A stretch of DNA of 64,000 bases from Phoronis australis. Lineage: Eukaryota; Animalia; Phoronida. Made by a program: the position numbers and the translations under genes. Positions 60,689-64,000 of the stretch are shown here, in pieces (the first letter of the stretch is position 1; every line of letters begins with the position of its first letter). The stretch spans positions 850,990 through 914,989 of the forward strand of contig NMRA01000069.1 of NCBI GenBank assembly GCA_002633005.1, written 5' to 3'. A model generated the notes under the pieces. The model saw only the letters and a list, made by a program, of their open reading frames with translations, ran no database searches and was not told the origin of the DNA.

Positions 60689-63520
60689 TTGTTTATATTG
60701 GACAACAGGTGCCAAAAATTGACCGGGAATTCCCCATTATTACGGTCGCCATCAGAGGTAGGATGGATGGGTGACCATCCAGCATGTTGGGCAAACAAAA
60801 CTGTGTCCCATAATTTTTGGCACACAGCTGTTAAGTAACTGGTGATAAAACGCAATTGTTTTAATGCGTTCATCCTCGGCATGTTACAGCTTGGTGCATC
60901 TAATGACATTTGCGTCAATTTTACTGGTGTATTTGGTTATTCTGGCATTGATAAAAGGTTAGTGTTTTTAGTTGTCCTGTGCTCACAAGTGCAGCATTTT
61001 GCCTTTGGTCAAAAGCTTGCAAAATAACGGCGATACATAGTGGTGATGTAGCAGTGTAGAAATAGGTCACATTTTGACCTCGATGTTACTTTTTAATTAT
61101 GTTGCCAAACAGATTCCTCATATCATGCAGTCAAAACAGCCATCCACTCTGTGGCATTATTATGCGCGCAGAGGACGGACATTTGGGATGACCCTAGAAG
61201 TGGTATGCCGCTATTCTTGTGTCATATTTTGTGTTTTTGATCCCCCTAAATTTGCCTAGTATGTGTATGGGTGAGTCTGTGAGTTGCTCAAAAACGTACA
61301 TCTTCTTGTGTCACTGTAGGTCCAGCTGCCCAGTACATTGCGGCTGCAGGCAGTTGTTGCTGAGGATTGCCACTTTAAGAACCAGGCTCTGTTATACTTG
61401 GATTGTTGTTACTGTTAGTAAACATAGCTATTGAACAAGAAAAGTGATCTTGTTCCGTTGTTGTTGTTCAGAATATGACCAAGAGGTGTCATTGGTGTTG
61501 TTGTTGACTTTTGACCCTTGTAATGTAGATTCTTTCTTTGATCGTTTAGAGGCGCAAAAACACATATTTTAGGATTTTTTGTTTCAAAACACTTGCCTTT
61601 GCATTAGACCACTTAAAAGTACGGAAAAAAATGAGAGCGTGCTCGTTTAAAACTTGATTCGTTGGTCAGTGTAGGCGACATTCATGCACTTTTTGCAGAT
61701 TACGCCGTAGGCTGGTTACCTGCTGAAACATTAGATGGATGTTTCGAGGCTTTAAGAAATATTTTAGAACAAAGGTGGGAGAGGATTTTAGCCTTACATC
61801 AATACAAACTCTAAAACCTTCTTTACAATGAACAGTACAATTTCGAAGTAACAGCGATTTAATTGATTTTATTGAAAAACTGATACATTTCTATAAGTAA
61901 TGTGTAATTGGCATTTTGGCTTGAAGTTCCCAATTTTGACTTTGTTTAGTTATTTTGTGTGTCACTTTAAGTATTCTTTATTGCCATCCTTTTTTTGAAC
62001 AAGGAGTTGGATTTAACTTATTCTGCAAATTTGTAAGTTTCCATCTTTGAATGATAACAGGGCTTTAAAAAACTGGAAATATTTGTGATTTTTATGCTCG
62101 TAACTGCCCCTGTCCTTATTTTATAAATTCTATGGGTACATATTTAATTCATTACAACATTAAGTTTTTCTACAAGAAATTTCTTTGACTATTACGACTT
62201 TCACAGAAATTTTGGTTATGTTGTGAGAGTTTGTTTAACCCTAGGTGATATTATGTTAGAGTGTCAGGGTTTGTAACATTTACGAAATGCATTTTGTGTT
62301 GTGTTTATGTTGAGATATGTTCATTTCTCCCAGTTTGTATTAAATGGCACAATTCTTTGAATCAACTGCCGCTTCATAAACAACTAGTCTTCAGGGCCAC
62401 TTAGTGTTTTTTGTTGTTTTTTATGTTTAGTACAAAAAGATAATGTACAATACTGAAATTAAGCTCAGAAAGCAGTAGAAATTATTAGATCTGAGCATTT
62501 ATTGAGGTGAAAAGGGGCTACAGGAAATTTCCCCAAACAGGTTCTCCCAAATATAAGCACATTGGCCTCGATCTTACTGTATAGACCTATGGGCATACTT
62601 TCAGGGCTGCAATTAAGGACATCTACAGTTTGTCAGGTTTTTCTATGTCAGTGGTACAGGCAAATGTTGAACAAAAAAGATTATTTGAGAAATGGAACTA
62701 AGTTTTTGGTTTATCTAAAAATTGTACTTAAGGCTATGTTAGACCATATAAAAATGACCAAATTTGTCTAACTTCGGAGCATCGTTTCTCTGAAATGACC
62801 GATGGGATTGATACGAAACTGTCAGATACCATGCTTTATGTACTGATATGGGAAATGCTGTTAGGCAATTGTTTTAAAATGTAACCCATTTTTGCATGAG
62901 GGGCTTTCAAATATAGGGCTCGTGTGATTTTCATAAAAAACCTTGCCAAAAACAAATTATTTTAGAAAACTTAATTGTTTTTGAGATTTTGTCTTGAACA
63001 TTGATGTGAAATAAAAATTAGGTCATGTCATTGATGCCATTGTTTTTTGCTAAATTTCACTGAAAAAATAGGATCACGTGACCAATTTAATGAAAGATTG
63101 GTAAAAAGTCAAAAAACATATTATACTCAGTCTGGCTTATTACTTTCAGCAAATACATGCTTTTACAAAGTTGAAATTTGTAGTTTTGTAAGTATTTGAC
63201 TAAATATGCAGACTTTTCAATGAGGTCTTGCGTAACAGCCTCACTAGTACCACATCTATCGATTTAGGTTAGTCTAGTTTGTTGACACAAACATACAGAA
63301 TGTAGACTGATGCAGGCAGAGGAATGTTATAATTTTTTTTTTCTTGGCAGAATAGAGTTCACTAAATGCTTAACTTAATTGAAAGTTTACTATTGACCTT
63401 TTCTTAGCAACCCTGCTTGGTTGAAGTATTTCAATATTTTTTATTTGCCAATGGTTATAGTGTTAGTGTTAGTGCATTCTCTACCTCTCCATGTGTTGAT
63501 ACTCGTCACTGTGTGAAGTA

Positions 63521-63833
63521 CAGGGCTTGGAATTTTCCACTTTTAAGAGGATTTCCTCTCTTTTGGTTTCAATTTCCTCTTAACTGATTTCAAGTTTTTT
63601 GAGTCTATTTTTTGTTGACTTTTTTCATGCAAAAACATTCATTTCACTTGAATTTTACAACACAAAAAACATTTCTATCACAAGTCTATTTGTGGAAGGA
63701 TACATCACCTCTCTTTGTCCCTCTTATTGTCATTGGTCATTCCAAGCCCTCGAATATGTAACAGTTTGTGTCATTAGTCATTCCAAGCCCTGGAATATGT
63801 AACAGTTTGTGTCATTGGTCATTCCAAGCCCTG
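63521..63833. mobile_element. Small hAT-like MITE with a tandemly repeated 3' end (41-bp unit, ~2.6 copies)
   Basis: Termini CAGGGCTTGGAA...TTCCAAGCCCTG. Related fragments at ~20415-20466 and ~22795-22853. No TSD recognised. Confidence 0.5.
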
Positions 63834-64000
63834 TAAATATAAAATATCACCAATATGGCAGACTAGTGAAATTTCTGGGGGTGGGTTTTCAGAAAGAACT
63901 AGCAGCACCAAATAATTGTTTTGTTGTTTTCAAGTTCATTAACAGACAATGTTTTGAGGGTTTCACAAGTATTTGGAAAATGGAAAGGATAATTTTGGTA

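Overview
AT-rich, intron-containing animal genomic DNA. An invertebrate origin, possibly a mollusc or other lophotrochozoan, is inferred from gene structure and repeat types; the species cannot be read from the sequence. Four spliced genes were reconstructed by hand, with GT-AG junctions and consistent exon phases. They form two head-to-head pairs: XPOT (exportin-T, minus strand, first two coding exons only) with RBSN (rabenosyn-5, plus strand, 7 coding exons, 503 aa), and MRPS25 (minus strand, 4 exons, 176 aa) with an unusually large ARMC10-like gene (plus strand, about 1046 aa). Between its N-terminal membrane anchor and C-terminal armadillo domain, the ARMC10-like protein has a Lys-rich cassette exon, an exon with two LIR-like motifs, and a 1.87-kb exon with a tandem His-rich 28-aa repeat. 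A possible alternative first exon starts with a myristoylation-type MGNSLS. This gene is the most novel-looking element in the window. The RBSN 3' end has 5-6 decayed tandem copies of its last 96 nt. Introns contain nested MITEs, Helentron-like elements, a SINE, a LINE remnant and a THAP remnant. A duplication of about 2.8-3.2 kb joined at an N is probably a haplotype assembly artefact.
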